Of a DNA stretch of 64,000 bases, positions 38,102 to 51,917 are shown one piece after another. Numbering within the stretch: position 1 is the stretch's first letter; every line of letters begins with the position of its first letter. Location of the stretch: the NCBI GenBank assembly GCA_030704615.1, contig CM060731.1, positions 57,908,001 to 57,972,000 on the forward strand. Reading direction: 5' to 3'. Source of the stretch: Takakia lepidozioides (taxonomy: Eukaryota; Plantae; Bryophyta). The position numbers and the translations under genes were made by a program. The notes beneath the pieces were generated by a model. The model was not told the origin of the DNA and made no database searches. It saw only the letters and a program-made list of their open reading frames with translations.

Positions 38102-38420
38102 CAGTGTTGGCAGGTTCTTTGATTATCAAGAAGGTTATATGGGTACATAACCGTGGTTCTAAAAAAATTGAAGAACCGGCAACCGCCAGTTCCGTACTTT
38201 TGAAATAACCAGCCTGAAAACTGTCAAAGATCCGCAAAAGACTCGCCTGTTATTTGATGAAAACCGCCGGTTCTTTGAGGTTCTTACAATTAACCGGAAC
38301 CAGGGGTTCTTTCCATAAAAGATATATGAAAAAACCGGTATTAGAGGTTCTTTGATCCTAAGATTTTGTAAAAATTGGAATCGGAGTTTATGAAAAAAAT
38401 CAAATAACCGCCCGACACTG
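38102..38420. mobile_element. hAT-type MITE
   Basis: TIRs CAGTGTTGGCAGGTTCTTTGATT / AATCAAATAACCGCCCGACACTG; 8-bp TSD AAATAAAC on both sides; internal AACCG repeats. Confidence 0.85.
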
Positions 38421-39743
38421 AAATAAACCCACTTACGGGGCCATGAAGGCCAACGGGCAAAGCCCTAGCCCAAAGGCAGAGGGATACGACTCATAGGGGT
38501 TTGAACCCTAGACCAACAAGTCAATGCACAAGGTGTCTTACACGCAACCATCTAAGTATTGTGGCCATTCGAGTGTGGGCGCTCATAGATGATTTTGAAC
38601 AGTTCTCACATGAAAATTATTTGGTGGTATTTTGAAGCCAAAATAAAGGTAGAAGCCATTGGGTGGGAAGTGACACCACTTTGACCTATATATATGTATA
38701 TACACGTGGGTAATACTATAAGTCTGATTTGAAGTAGCGGCATGATAATAAAAGTCCAAAGTCATTGGCTTTTCATGTCAAAAGACATTCTTCCAAATGA
38801 TACATTTTGGGTGGTTGTTTGCAAATGTCTTCTCATGGTTCTACACATGGCTTCACAACATGAGATAGTTGTTTGAGAGATACAATCCCTTTTCATTGAT
38901 TTTCTTTCATGTTTGATCGGCTGTCATAGGTGTGCCTATTCATTATTGTTGTCAAAAATGATTCTTTGAAAGGTTCTATGAAAATATTGTTTAATATTAT
39001 TTATATTATATAGTTTATATTTATGTTCCAGATTTTTCTACTTTCTTAGTTGTCTATGAGCATTGAGATCCAAAATTATCATGGGAACTTCATATATCGA
39101 TGTTACATAAAGTAATTTTCAGTGTAGTTTATGGCTGGAAAATATCTCGCTACAGGTATGATTTTTTAATCATTCTAATTTATTAAGTATTTTATTTTGT
39201 GTACATGACATTTGTAGAGTTTAACCTACAAGATTTGTTTTTCTATTTGGAAGAGGTTTATTTGTACCTTGACCCTATTGTTGTTGGTTATTGCTTTTAA
39301 GATGTGAATTTTTTGCTTCACAAAAAAAGATATATATTGAAAAGATTAATTCAGAACATGAGTGTTTTGTATTTCGATTTGGTTGAAGAAAACATGTGGT
39401 GGTTAAAGTTTTCAGTAATCATTTATTAAGTATTATAAATTTAAGTGTTTGATGGTATATGTGAATAAAGTGCTAACTGATGTTATAGTACATGCATTGG
39501 ACATAGTGGGGTGAGACATTTTGTGTAGGTAACATATTAGCTTTAAATTGCATTCCATAATTAAAGCAAGATTTTTCTTTATGGCTCTTTATGTTTGAAA
39601 GAAAACTTGCGAAGAACAAATGCATTGAGAAATGATATATAATTTACCAGAAGATATTTCACTAGAAATTATCATAATATACATATTTAAATACTTAAAA
39701 AGTTGTAGTGTGAAACAAAATACTTGAGTTATATTTATTTTTC

Positions 39744-41494
39744 ATGACAGGAAAAAATATCAAAAAAAATATTCTTTTCTGGAAAGAAAATATGACAACC
39801 GGAGGGCATCTGGTTGGTCTTCAATTGCCACCAGTTCCCTCACATCTATCAGATTTTATGCCAGCTTGTGTACGTGTTTCACATTCTGGGGATGTTAAAG
39901 AAACCCTATTGCACTCATCTATTGATCAGCTTGCAAGAAATCCAACCAATGGAGGTTCCGAATTATCAGCTGATTTGTTACGTGAATCAAAGCAATCATT
40001 TCATATATCTTCAGGATTTGGTGGCAGGAATGAAGCGATCGCCCATGCAAATCACTTGGGAGAAAAGAATCTCATTTCCGTTGCAACTGATTCTTTTAAT
40101 AACCCATCTTCATCATCCTTGAAATCTACCTTGTCAGAAGACAAAATTGAGGATCATAATGATTTTTCATATAGGCATGAATCAAATTCCTTCACTTCAT
40201 TAACCAGCTCTCCCGATAGGAACGAAATAGTTTCACATGGAGACAAAAGTATGGGAAAAAGAGTGATGACAGATGGACTAGAACCCCCCCCTCCTTCTAT
40301 ATCGGTGCCATATTTGTCTATTGACTATAAAGATGAGATAGCAAGAGAGTCTCATATTAAACAATGTGTGGGTAATGCTAATACGGCCACTTCAGATAAT
40401 GCATCATCTATTAATGATCACCAGTCACCTCTTCCCACCCCATTAGCCAATGACACTTCAATATATTTTGATAAAACCACATTGAACAAAGATGTGGGTG
40501 AATGTAGTAGAGAACAAAGAATTCGGTGTAGGATTAACAATATTTTACCTATCGATAGGATATTCGGACTTGGTTCAGTCCTTTCAACAAGCTCATATGG
40601 TAGCACAATTCATAAGATATCACATTCTCAATGTAATTCATCCTCCAATAAAGGTTTATTCACAGATTATGGGATGTTAAATAGGAATATTTCGACTAAA
40701 GTGCCATCTAAAAACACACTTTCTGCACAATCGGTCGATTTTCAAAATCAAGAGCTAGATGATGATAGAAATTTGATAGAATTAAACAAAGAAGATGAAG
40801 TTGAGACAAAATTTTTAAGCAGTCTACAACGCAAAAGCATTGATAAAACTGATGTGACATGGGGTGAGACAAGTGAAAGACATGAGGGACATGTGGCTTC
40901 ATCATCAAATGAACATTTGCAATCCGAGCAACATAAGTCTCTTCTAAAACTTTTACATAGAATGCGATGCGACATTGAATCCCTTAAAGTGAGTAATATT
41001 TTCTTTAAATATTGTAAGAAAAATAAAATCTAAGCTGTAATTATGTATATATTCTATGACTTGTGAACCTCACATTCGCATTATTTAAAAGCATATCTTT
41101 TAGTTTCAATTAATATGAATATAACTTATAGTGGTTATATTACCATTTTAAGATTGTTGTTTTTAATGGTAAGAACTCAATTGTAATATATGTGAGGTTG
41201 CCAAGAAAATATAACTTTTATTCTAGATTTCGTTGTTTTTTTTCCGAGTTCTTTACATGTAAGTTGTGGTGAGGGAAAAAAAGATAAAAATAAAAATTCT
41301 TGTATCTTGTACACTTCAACATTATACATATGTATGATCTTTTATCCCAAATTGATAATATTCATAATGTTGAGTTCTTTTTGCAGATGACATTGAGAGC
41401 TCTTGACGTCCCTATTGAAAGAAGTTTTTCTTCGCAAGCTCAATCCCTTATGCCATTGGTACACGGTCTAAAGGCTGAATGGATTTGGTTCTAG
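39744..41494 (+). CDS. Unknown Ser/Asn/Asp-rich protein; long exon to 40988, last exon 41387-41494
   Basis: 429-codon ORF in AT-rich DNA; GT at 40989 and AG at 41386 join LLKLLHRMRCDIESLK|MTLRALDVP in frame. Confidence 0.6.
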
Positions 41495-42253
41495 AGCAAC
41501 ATATATCTACAAATGTGACAAATAACATTATTATTAATCTCGAGCCTATATTATATAGCAATTAATAACAAGCATAATGTAATTACAAACCTAAAGCTAT
41601 AGACATTGGCATGAAGACCACTAACCATACTTATTAGAAGTCAAAATCAAGTGGGTCCAGATTATTCATGATTAACATTATGTTAGGTTATATTATATTA
41701 AATAAACTAAAATAATTTTTGTCTGACATTTAGTTTAACTTTATATTTAAACTATACCTAGTTTACTGTACCTGCCTACGCTGTCCGATGATAAATTAAG
41801 TCCAAAAACAGACTGCCAAAAAAGTCCTTCTAATGCTGGATGTCACGCATATTTCATCGGAGGACATGCGCTACCAAATCCTCTAGCCATGTACACAGGG
41901 GATTTTTGTACTTTTTAATTATTTATCATAATCACTGCGGGAACTGCAAAATTTCCAAAAAGCCTGCCGGACCCCTTCTTCAAGAAAAATTAATTAGTCC
42001 GGCATGGCCCTGACAAATAGCATGGGCAAATATGGTGTGGATATCAGAATTAAATAGTTTATCTTTATATATATATAATTTTAGTACATATATCCATAAA
42101 ATCATGCATAAGATATTACATCTTATAAGTCTACAAGATATTATTATATGTCAATATCACATATTTAAAATTGAAGACCTCAACTAATAAAAAAAATTAA
42201 ATGATTTTTACCCAGGTGGATAGTTCAATTGGTGGCATATGTGATGCTTGCAG

Positions 42254-43667
42254 ATGACACCATCCTACATGCATTCAATGACAATGATAGACCCAAACAA
42301 CACAATAATTACATCAGAGCTGAGAAAAAATATTGAAAACACATCTAGCGACAAAGATCTTAGAATTTCAACCAACCAATTTAATGTCAATAAGACATTG
42401 AATTATCCGACAACCCCTTACGGTGCAAGAAATCAAGATGAACACAATGAAAGAAAATCTCTTGTAGGTACTAAGAAACATAAACCATGGTGGAAGGAGC
42501 TATTGACAACAATAGGGTTTACAGTGTGGATAATTGCTGGAGTAGTGATTGTTGCAAGGGTGATTGGGGTGCCAAACTTGGACGTCAGTTCTCTTGCCTT
42601 CAATAGGTCTCGGAGTGCAAGAATCCCCTCTCAAGATTCTGATGATGACCCTCTTCCCAATAATCCCAAATCTATGTATGGTTTCTACCTTATATATATG
42701 TGTGTGTGTAAAAGTTGGGGGCTTAAATTTTGTACTATATATATATATATATTCAATATTTAAAAGTATTAAAAATGGTGATATGAATAACAGTATTGAC
42801 TAAATACTATTTATAATCAACATCATGTAAATAACATCATCTTTATTTTTTAAGTAAAAAATATTGTTTGACTATAACTGGAATGTGTCACATATCAACT
42901 CACAATACTTTATTTATATTTAAAATTAATGTATTTGAATGTTGAAGTCTTCTCATTATATTCATGTTGTGTATACATGATTTCATCACAGGAAGGAGAC
43001 ACAAATTAAGGACGTTTTAGACCTTAATTCATTTAATTTTGAAGACATGATCAATAAAAGGTGGTTATCTCCCACTTTATCATCTAAATTGTTTTTGTTC
43101 TATGAGATTTATTTTTTTCAGTGTTTCATGGATCATCATATTATATTCTTATTTAACTTGTGCTCTTTACAGACCAACATTTGTGATGTTTTATGCACCA
43201 TGGTGTCCCCATTGTCAAAGATTGCATCCCATTTGGAGGCAGCTTGCTCAAGTTCTTGACCACCTTGGTTCAGATGTGCAGGTCTTTTTTCTCTATCCTT
43301 TGGATATTCCTCAAACCTTCAAACTTTGTAGGATAATATAATAGTACCATTAATACCTTTTGGATACATCTTTTGAACTTGAAAGCTTTACTCGTAATGT
43401 ATGTATACTATTTCTTAATTATATTATATATTTTACATGTAGTACAGAAATACTACCAAGATACATTATTCGCAATGTTTTTTGTTTGAACAACAGATTG
43501 CGATAGTGGATGCAACAAAACACATGCGTCTTGCAGACAAGTTTGAGGTGCCAGGATTTCCAACTCTAATTTTTTTCAAAGACGGACAACCAGTGGGTAG
43601 GCATAAAGGACCACGTGATGTTGAATCACTAGTAGCATTTATTGAGCATCACGTACCTACTCGCTAA
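42254..43667 (+). CDS. Membrane-anchored single-domain PDI-like thioredoxin (WCPHC); exons 42254-42675, 42992-43060, 43173-43281, 43497-43667
   Basis: TM segment LLTTIGFTVWIIAGVVIVARVIG; FVMFYAPWCPHCQRL; IAIVDAT...FEVPGFPTLIFFKDG; phase-compatible GT-AG introns. Confidence 0.88.
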
Positions 43668-45095
43668 CATATTATTTAAGTTTTATTTTTTTGTTTTATT
43701 TTATTTTTTGGGAGGGGGGAAAGGAGGAAACAAAGGTTGTGTGATGTTTGACAAAATAATTAGACATCATATGAAAGTAAAATGATAGTGCATAATGCTG
43801 TATGCTAATTTATTGGTTATCTACCTATTAGATGTTGTGACAAGTATATATTTTTGATTAATTCTAGATGGTAATATATATTAAAATTTGTCCAAAGTAG
43901 TTGACCGTATCCTACATATGAAGTGATAGTTTGAGTGAGGAATGGAATTCTAAAGACATTCTCATGAAACATTGATTGGTTTCAATGATAATATGGTGAG
44001 ACAACTTGATTTGTAGATGAATATACCATTTTGTCTAGATACCATCTAATATTTAAAATAGTTATGAAGATGCATATTTAGAGACAAGTTGACTTTTTAA
44101 AAAAAAAACAAAAAAAACAAATGTCGTTTAGCTTCAAAAAGAAATGTATACATCAGTTAATCATATATTCCTACTCATTAGATCGCCTTCCTCTCTCGTC
44201 TCCTTCCCTTTATGGTTGTTGCATATTTTAAATTTAAATTTTCACGTGACACTTGTTTCTTTCTTTGTACTCTGCACATATTATATTCATAAATAATGCA
44301 GATGTGAGAGAGAGAGGACAAAAGTTTTAGATATAATATTATGTTATCTTTGAAGCAAAATTTTCTTTGTTACAAATAACATTCATATTAAACTACTAAC
44401 ATTCAATTAGTGTTAACTTGAATTGAATTGTAGATGATTAAATCGAATAAAAATTAGAGATTAGCCTCCATGTTGGCGTCATCTCTCTTTCCCCATTGCC
44501 TTTGAGTTGTACAATATGGTTGGAGATTCTCATTGTTTATCCCATATTGTAAAAAATCATCAATAGTTAAAAAGTCAAATGTTAGTCTGTGAAGCCCGTT
44601 GATAGATCATGCCAAGTGTAACTTTTGGTGTCACTTCAACCCGAAGAATTACTTAACTTTTTGTTTGGAAGGTGGACACCTTCTAAGAATCCTAACCGGT
44701 TGCACAAACCTCTCTCGATGATTCAAAAGTCCCACCTTAGGTGTCCGGTTAACCCTTCAATCCCCTTTCCATAGTTGGGTGCTATGATATAAGGTAATGA
44801 CCAAATGAGAGGAAGATAAAAAAACTGTTTGTAAGTGAAACTTATGATAGTACTTTACCACGGAGGAGTACTCTTTTATGTTTGGTGACATCCAACACAT
44901 ATCTATATGGTGAGCTGGTGGTCCTATGTTGTACGGCCTAACTAGAAGACAAAAAAAATTGCTTACCCACATGGAGGCTGTATATGAAGATGCTACACTC
45001 GACCGAGATCTTGCCTTTGTAACTCAAAGCCATATCCGTCTATGTTGGATGTCACCTATTGTAGCCAACCCAGCCATAAACAGGTGGGTGTGCTA

Positions 45096-45570
45096 GAGTG
45101 CTGGTCTGGTATTGGGTTTTTTACATACCACACTGGTCCTGATACCAACCCCATCACAAAATTTTCATACCAATCTGGTCTATATAATGGTGGATGTATT
45201 TTTTTCCAGATACTGGTATGAGCATGAGTATCATGACCACAATACCAGCTGGTATGAGATCTCAATTCTGGTATCACTCCAAAGCCATTTGACTTACAAG
45301 TTCATCAAGTGAAAATAATTACAATAAACATAAAGTAGATATAAATAAGTACATGTATTTCCACATAAATAGTATAGTACACATACCAGAGTAAATGAGG
45401 AGGACGGCGGGGGTTACTGGTATTGTGGCTGGTATGAGAAAACGGATACCAGCGTGGTTTGGTATGTGACCTAGTATTGTAGAACTTAAGACCAGGCTGG
45501 TCTGGTCCGGATACCAGGGTTGATACCACCGTTGATACTCGGGTCTGATACGTATACCAGATCAACACTG
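45096..45570. mobile_element. hAT-type MITE (ATACC-rich)
   Basis: Imperfect TIRs GAGTGCTGGTCTGGTAT / ATACCAGATCAACACTG; 8-bp TSD GTGTGCTA (45088-45095, 45571-45578). Confidence 0.8.
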
Positions 45571-47074
45571 GTGTGCTACTTTCTAATTTTTAATTTGTAA
45601 TACACATTAAAAAATTAGTTTCTATATATTTGTTGTGCTATTATAAGTTACATTTCTGCTTTTTCTTTTTCTTAAAGGGATGAGAGGCCCTGAAAATTTA
45701 TTAAAAAGGGAAAAAATTAAACCCTTACTCTGCACTTCTGAGTGGTAAAAAAATGCTGATTTCTCTTTGTTGATATCTGCTCGTAATTCCAGCGGACGAC
45801 CAAAGGTCGTAGACTAGTTTAGCATAGAGCAGGAATAGGGTGCCCTAATGTCACATCATCGTCACCACGTCACAATAGCCACGTCATCGTAAATGTTTTT
45901 GGAATGTACCCGAAATTAACCGGAAAATAACTGGGAGGTACGTTGCAGCAGGGGGAGGGATGAGAGGGATGAGGTTGCCCCCACGTGCTTGAGCGGCGGA
46001 GGGGTTTCACACAGGGATCTGAGATCCTACATGGTGGATGCTGCACAACCTTTCCTGCAAATGTGGGCTCCTGGCTCCTGTTAGTACCCTGATTTGGTGT
46101 TCTTCCTGATGTTTACAAGGCTCTTGGGAGAGTCAGCTTGGGTGTTTCAATCTTGCCTGCTCGGCTGCACCGTGGTGGTTCCCATAGACCAATCCGACAT
46201 TACTTTACTACAGACACAAGCAGCACACACAAGAGGTCCTTTTGGGTTGATGGTCGGTCAAATCCTCCATGGGTCATGACACAAGGTCAAGGACAATGTG
46301 GTGAGGGCACCCAACCAGCTAACTTGCAGAATTCAATATGCATCTCAGGGGCCAATCTGATGAGAGGGAAAAACAGGCTGAAATAGGTCGCACCTTCTTC
46401 AACACATTTCAGCCTGTTTTTCCCTGTTATCAGAGCCGTCCCTAAATTTTCATGTTGAATTCTGGAAGTTAGCTCGTTGGTGGATCTCTAGTGGTTTTGG
46501 AGTGATTTTGACATGTTACTTCCAAGTGGCAACAGGAAAATATCGAAAAACAACATATACCCAGAGACGAGGAGAAGCTCTGGAATGAATACGTTTCTGA
46601 TCCCAGTCAATGATGAAACAATCGAGGCAAAAAGGTGAATGCCTGTTGGAAGCAGACGCAAGCAGACGCAAGTCAGCATAGGAACTAGTGTCATAAGTAG
46701 GGTTGGGGTGTTTGCTGGAACAATTCTAGGCTGTCATTGTCAGCTGCCAGCAGCAAGGCAAGGATGTATGCATGATTTGTGCAGAGGCATGGATAGCTGA
46801 AGGAGCAGGGATAGAGTGTGGGTCCAGATTCATCCAAGAGGGCCGGATTTCAAGCTCCAGATTACCTATGACTCCCTGTGGAAGGACAGGTACAGATCAA
46901 CTGGAAGCCGCAGCAGCATGATAAAATCAGGCACTGCGAAGACCTTCTTCAACACATTTCACCCTATTTTTCCCTCTTATCAAAATCGGCCCTAAATTTT
47001 CATGTTGAATTCTGCAAGTTAGCTCGTTGAGTGAACTTTTGATAGTTTGGAGTGACTGACATGACACTGCCAAT

Positions 47075-48730
47075 GTGACAACAGGAAAGTATCCAGAAAC
47101 AGGTAACGACTTCAAGCTCCAGATTACCTATGATTCACTGTGGATCAATAGCTACAAGAAACCTGCATGGGTAGATGGTCAACTAAAGACAGCAGCTGCA
47201 GCGGCACAGTTGATAAAATCAGGCACCTCAACCATGACCACAGCTTCTGAAAGAGGATCAAGAGAGGGAGTCCACAATGCCACTTCTGGCACTTCTGGGC
47301 ATGTGAAGATGCTTTGTGCGGCAGGTAGACTGACAGAGGCTCTACAAACTTTAAACCAAGGAGGCATTTCAATAGATTCAGATACGTATGTCTGTCTCTT
47401 GCTTAAGTGCATCAAGATGGAAGGTCTGGAAGCTGGAAAGCAGGTGCACACTCACATAAACCAAAGTGGATTCACGCCAGATGTTTTTATACTCAACATC
47501 CTTGTCAACATGTGTGTCAAGTGTGGGAGCATCATGGATGCTCACCAAGTGTTCAACAGACTGCCTCAACGATCTTTGATCACGTGGAATATAATGTTGG
47601 CAGGATTTACCAAGCATGGGTGTGGTAGGAATGCTTTGGAGACCTATGATCAAATGATGGGGGAAGGGGTGAAGCTGACCACATCACGTTTCTGTGCATT
47701 TGCAAAGCGTGTGCAAGCCTGACAGCTCTGGAAAAGGGTGAAGAGGTGCATGGCAACATTGTCAGAGCTGCGATTGTACCAAATGTCATTCTGAACAATA
47801 CCCTCGTGGACATGTATGAAGGGAGTGTTTGACAGTATGGTTGAACGAGATGTGGTGTCGTGGAGTGCGATGATTGCAGGATATGCATAGCAAGGGCGCG
47901 GGATGGAGGCTTTGGAGACCTATGAGCAAATGATGTGCGAAGGGGTGAAGCCCAACCACATAACGCTTGTTTGCATTTGCAATGCGTGTGCAAGCCTGGG
48001 AGCCCTGGAAAAGTGCAAAGAGGTCCATGGTGACATCGTCAAATCTGGAATTGTACCCGATGTCATTCTGTACACTGCCCTGATGGACATGTATGTCAAA
48101 CTTGGGTGCATCGAGGATGCAAAGGGAGTGTTCAACAGTATGGCTGAATGAGATGTGGTGTCGTGGAGTGCGATGATTGCAGGATATGCACAGCAAGGGT
48201 GCGGGATGGAGGCTTTGGAGACGTATGAGCGAATGATGTGCAAAGGGGTGAAGCCCAACCACATGACATTTGTTTGTGTTTGCAATGCGTGTGCAAGCTT
48301 GGGAGCTCTGGAAAAGAGGAAAGAGGTCCATGGTGACATCGTCAAAGCTGGAATTGTACCCGATGTCATTCTGAACACTGCCCTGCTGGACACGTATGTC
48401 AAATCTGGGTGCATCAAGGATGCGAAGGGAGTGTTCGACAGTATGGCTGAACAAGATGTGGTGTCGTGGAACGCGATGCTTGCAGGGTATGCACAGCAGG
48501 GGCGCGGGATGGAGGCTTTGGAGACGTATGAGCAAATGATGGGGGAAGGGGTGAAGCCCGACCACATCACGTTTGTATGCGTTTGCAGTGCGTGTGCAAG
48601 CTTGGCAGCCCTGGAAAAAGGCAAAGAGGTGCTTGGTTGCATCGCCAAACCTGGAATTTGTCAAGATTGGATTGTAACTGAAGCTGGAAGGAGTACTTTG
48701 TGGACTGGATTGTACCTCCAGTTGTTTTAG
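47075..48730 (+). pseudogene. PLS-class PPR pseudogene with near-identical ~303-bp triplet repeats
   Basis: PPR motifs ([41 protein letters not shown]); frameshift ~47690, stops at ~47888 and ~48148; no E/DYW domain. Confidence 0.88.
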
Positions 48731-49275
48731 ATTAACATTTCTGCTCTCCTGCAAAGTGATGGACTCATTATCAGAAGTTAATGTTCCTTGTTAGCAGGCT
48801 GGGAAAGTACGTTGTTCAATGTTGTTCCCTGCTATTTAAAGCCTGTATGGTTGAAGCTATAGCTTCTCAGCTGTCCACTCATGGTTTTCACAGAAAAATC
48901 CAAGATCGCCAGGCTTCAGACATGAGGCTACAGAGGAAGCAGTTTGGATTGAGAAATGGTTGGACCCTCCTTGGGTGTAAGCAGAGCTAGCTACCGTGAT
49001 GCAACGTCAAGCACAATCTGGAGATAGTCTTAATGCTGATGTGCGCCATGGATATCCAGCCCAAGAGTACAATTGGTATGGCTCTGATGATCATACAAGG
49101 GTCAAACCTGAACAGATAGAGATTGTACAGTTTATTCTTAAAGATGACTACTGTAGTTTTGTAACTCCATTGCTATGTACCAGGAAGCATGTCCTAATGA
49201 AGATAGGCTATATTCAAGGAGCTTTGAGACATTATCTTTGTTGGAGTGTAAGGTTTGTAAAAATAGTTCATAGTC

Positions 49276-50369
49276 ATGCGGGATGACAGGGTTGAATCAG
49301 GCACAGTCACTTGGTGGACATCAGACTGGCTGCAGGGGTATCGCTACTGCAGGGGTACTCCCATGGTGGATACACTCCAAGTGTTTGACAAAATGCCTGA
49401 AAGAGATATGCTTATGTGGACTATAATGATAGGAGGATATGCCAAGCTTGGGTGTGGTAAAGAGGTCCATTCTGGGCTGGGGTGGGTGAGCAAATGAAAG
49501 GAGAAAGGATGATGCCTGACAGAGTCACATTTCACTTCCGTTTTACATGCCTGTGCCAGCTTTGGAGATTTGGAAAGGGGCAAAGAGGTCCATTCTGACA
49601 TCATCAATGCTGAAATTGCGCCGGATATCATTCTGAAGACTGCTATTGCTGACATGTATGCCAAATGGAGTATGAGGGATGCATGTCAAGTGTTCGACAA
49701 GATGGTTGGACAAAATGTGGTCTCATGGAACGCCATGATTGCAGGATATGCTTGTGTTAGAGAGGCTTTCAAGATCTATGAGCTAATGCATCGGGAGGGG
49801 GTGATGCCCGATAGGGTCACTTTCACTTCTGTGCTCAATGCATGTGCCAATCTAGGAGACCTCGAGAGGGCAAAGAGATCCATGCTGATATCATCAAAGG
49901 TGAAATTGCAGCAGATAGCATTCTAGAGATTGCCCTCACTGACATGTTTGTCTTATGCGGGAGCATAGAGAATGCGCATCAAGTGTTCGACAAAATGGTG
50001 GAACGAGATGATGTATTATGGAACTCCATGATTACAGGCTACATTGGAGGTGGGTCTGGTAGGGAGGCTCTTGAGATTTATGAGAAAATGGAACGTGATG
50101 GGGTGACGCCTGACAGGGTCACATTCATTTGTATTCTCAATGCATGTGCAAGCCTAGGTGCTCTTGAAAAGGGCAGAGAGGTCCACGCTGACTTTGTCAA
50201 AGCTGGTATCGCTTCATATGTAAAGTTAGAGAATACCATTGTTAACATGTATGCCAAATGTGGGTGCGTAGAGGATGCACGTCAAGTGTTTGACAATATG
50301 CAGGCTGAACGAGATGATAGCAGGATATGTCCATCATGGGTGTGGGATGGAGGCCCTCCAACTATTTGA
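49276..50369 (+). pseudogene. Second PLS-class PPR pseudogene
   Basis: VFDKMPERD...W..MI.GY and PDRVTF..VLNACA motifs in shifting frames; truncated. Confidence 0.85.
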
Positions 50370-51061
50370 ACAAAATGCTATTTGAATCCCTCTGTGTGCA
50401 CATGTACTTCCTTCACTGTTTTCACACAGGTTTTCAGCCTCACACCTGTCACACTCGTCCAACTACTAAGCCCTTGTCACAGTCTTGAATCTCTGGTTGC
50501 AAGGTTACTTTTTGGAGATGCACGGAATCAGCCTGGCAAGGCACTAGTGGCTCTAGAAACACAGAACGCACAGCTTCCAGTGTCTATCTCTCTGTTTCTT
50601 GGGCAAAACCAGCACCTGGGGGCTTCCACCGAATACTCCCAAGAATTCTTAGATCTGCATGTTGGATCATAGATCTGTGGCAGTGAAAAAAGTCCATCTT
50701 GCTAGTTTTTAGAAAAGAGTGTTTGCCATGCCTTGTGTATCCAAGAGAGAAATTTCATTTCATCTCTTTCTCGCCCAAATTGTTCGTGTCTGTGGCCAAG
50801 TCTAAAGGTAATAACAAAGTCTCGCAAGTACATTCTCTCTGTCTGCTAGAGGATATGTAGGTAGCATGCTATGTCAGCGTCCCCTGCAATGTTTTGGAAA
50901 TCTCCAGCTTTCCGCATTCATTGCATCATTTTTCATAGATAGCAATCTCCATCATGTGTATTAGAAAGTGTGAAGTGGCTCCCGGCTCAAAAACTCGTAA
51001 TACAACGCAACAGCCAGCCACACGAGTACGAGTGCAATACACTTTCGTGTAAAGCGACCAA

Positions 51062-51130
51062 GATGTAGCCCAGTTGGTAATGGGCACATACCACCTCGGA
51101 AGTGGTTGTGGATTCAATCCACTGATTGGT
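51062..51130 (+). mobile_element. tRNA-derived SINE-like head
   Basis: A-box-like TAGCCCAGTTGG and B-box-like GATTCAATCC; no complete cloverleaf. Confidence 0.45.
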
Positions 51131-51307
51131 GTCACAAAGGTGTCCACCTTCCTAACGAAGGCACTAACCCTTTGGGGGTGAAGAGACACCATAATTTACG
51201 CTTCGTTGGGGAGGCGTCACATGCTATGTAATGCACACCTGCGACATTTCTTTATCTTTCTCATAGGAAGCTAGTAGGGGGGATAAAGATAAAGATAAAG
51301 TTTCTTT

Positions 51308-51466
51308 AACGTCCACTGAATTTACTGAGCCTACTGCTCAACACACAGGCCATCGAGGGCCCAATGGACGGTCTGAAGGCACATGTTGAAGGATTGAACC
51401 CAGTATCACCCAGGTTATGCACAGGCAAGGCACAAACATCCAACCACTGGGCTACCTACTCAAGTG
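51308..51466 (-). mobile_element. tRNA-derived SINE-like repeat, copy 1
   Basis: Minus-strand TAGCCCAGTGG and GGTTCAATCC boxes; similar copy at 59064-59219. Confidence 0.6.
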
Positions 51467-51917
51467 CAAAAGGAAAAGAGGAGAGAAAGGAAAGGATAAA
51501 GGAACGATGAAAAGAATTAGAAATCATCCCATTTCTTCACGTACAGGGGGACAGCCCTGAGTGGAGGGCATTCCTGGATTTAAGGGCCCAAAGCCCAGGG
51601 TTTACAGTTTACACTGTACAGGTAAACCCTGATGGTTTGGTTGGACAGAATGAGAAGAGTTGAACCATGTTTGCAGTTTGCACAGACAGACAGCAGACCC
51701 AAGTCGCCAGACGCCTTGTTTGACCAGTCAAACACGCAGCCAAAGACTCGAGTATGTAGCTGGGGAGGCAAGTCAGAGCAACAAAAACGTGGGGACCCAA
51801 ACCGAGCTTAGCTTAGCCTGGCGCTCCCTGTGGTCCGATTGTTTTGTGAAGCCTAGATGTTAGGGTGATGTGCAGAAGAAAAGTGGAGTGGGTTTGGGAG
51901 TAGGGGAAGCTCAGGCT

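Noticed and set aside
51062-51130. Functional tRNA gene
   Set aside because: A/B boxes are present but the acceptor and anticodon stems do not pair; treated as SINE-like.
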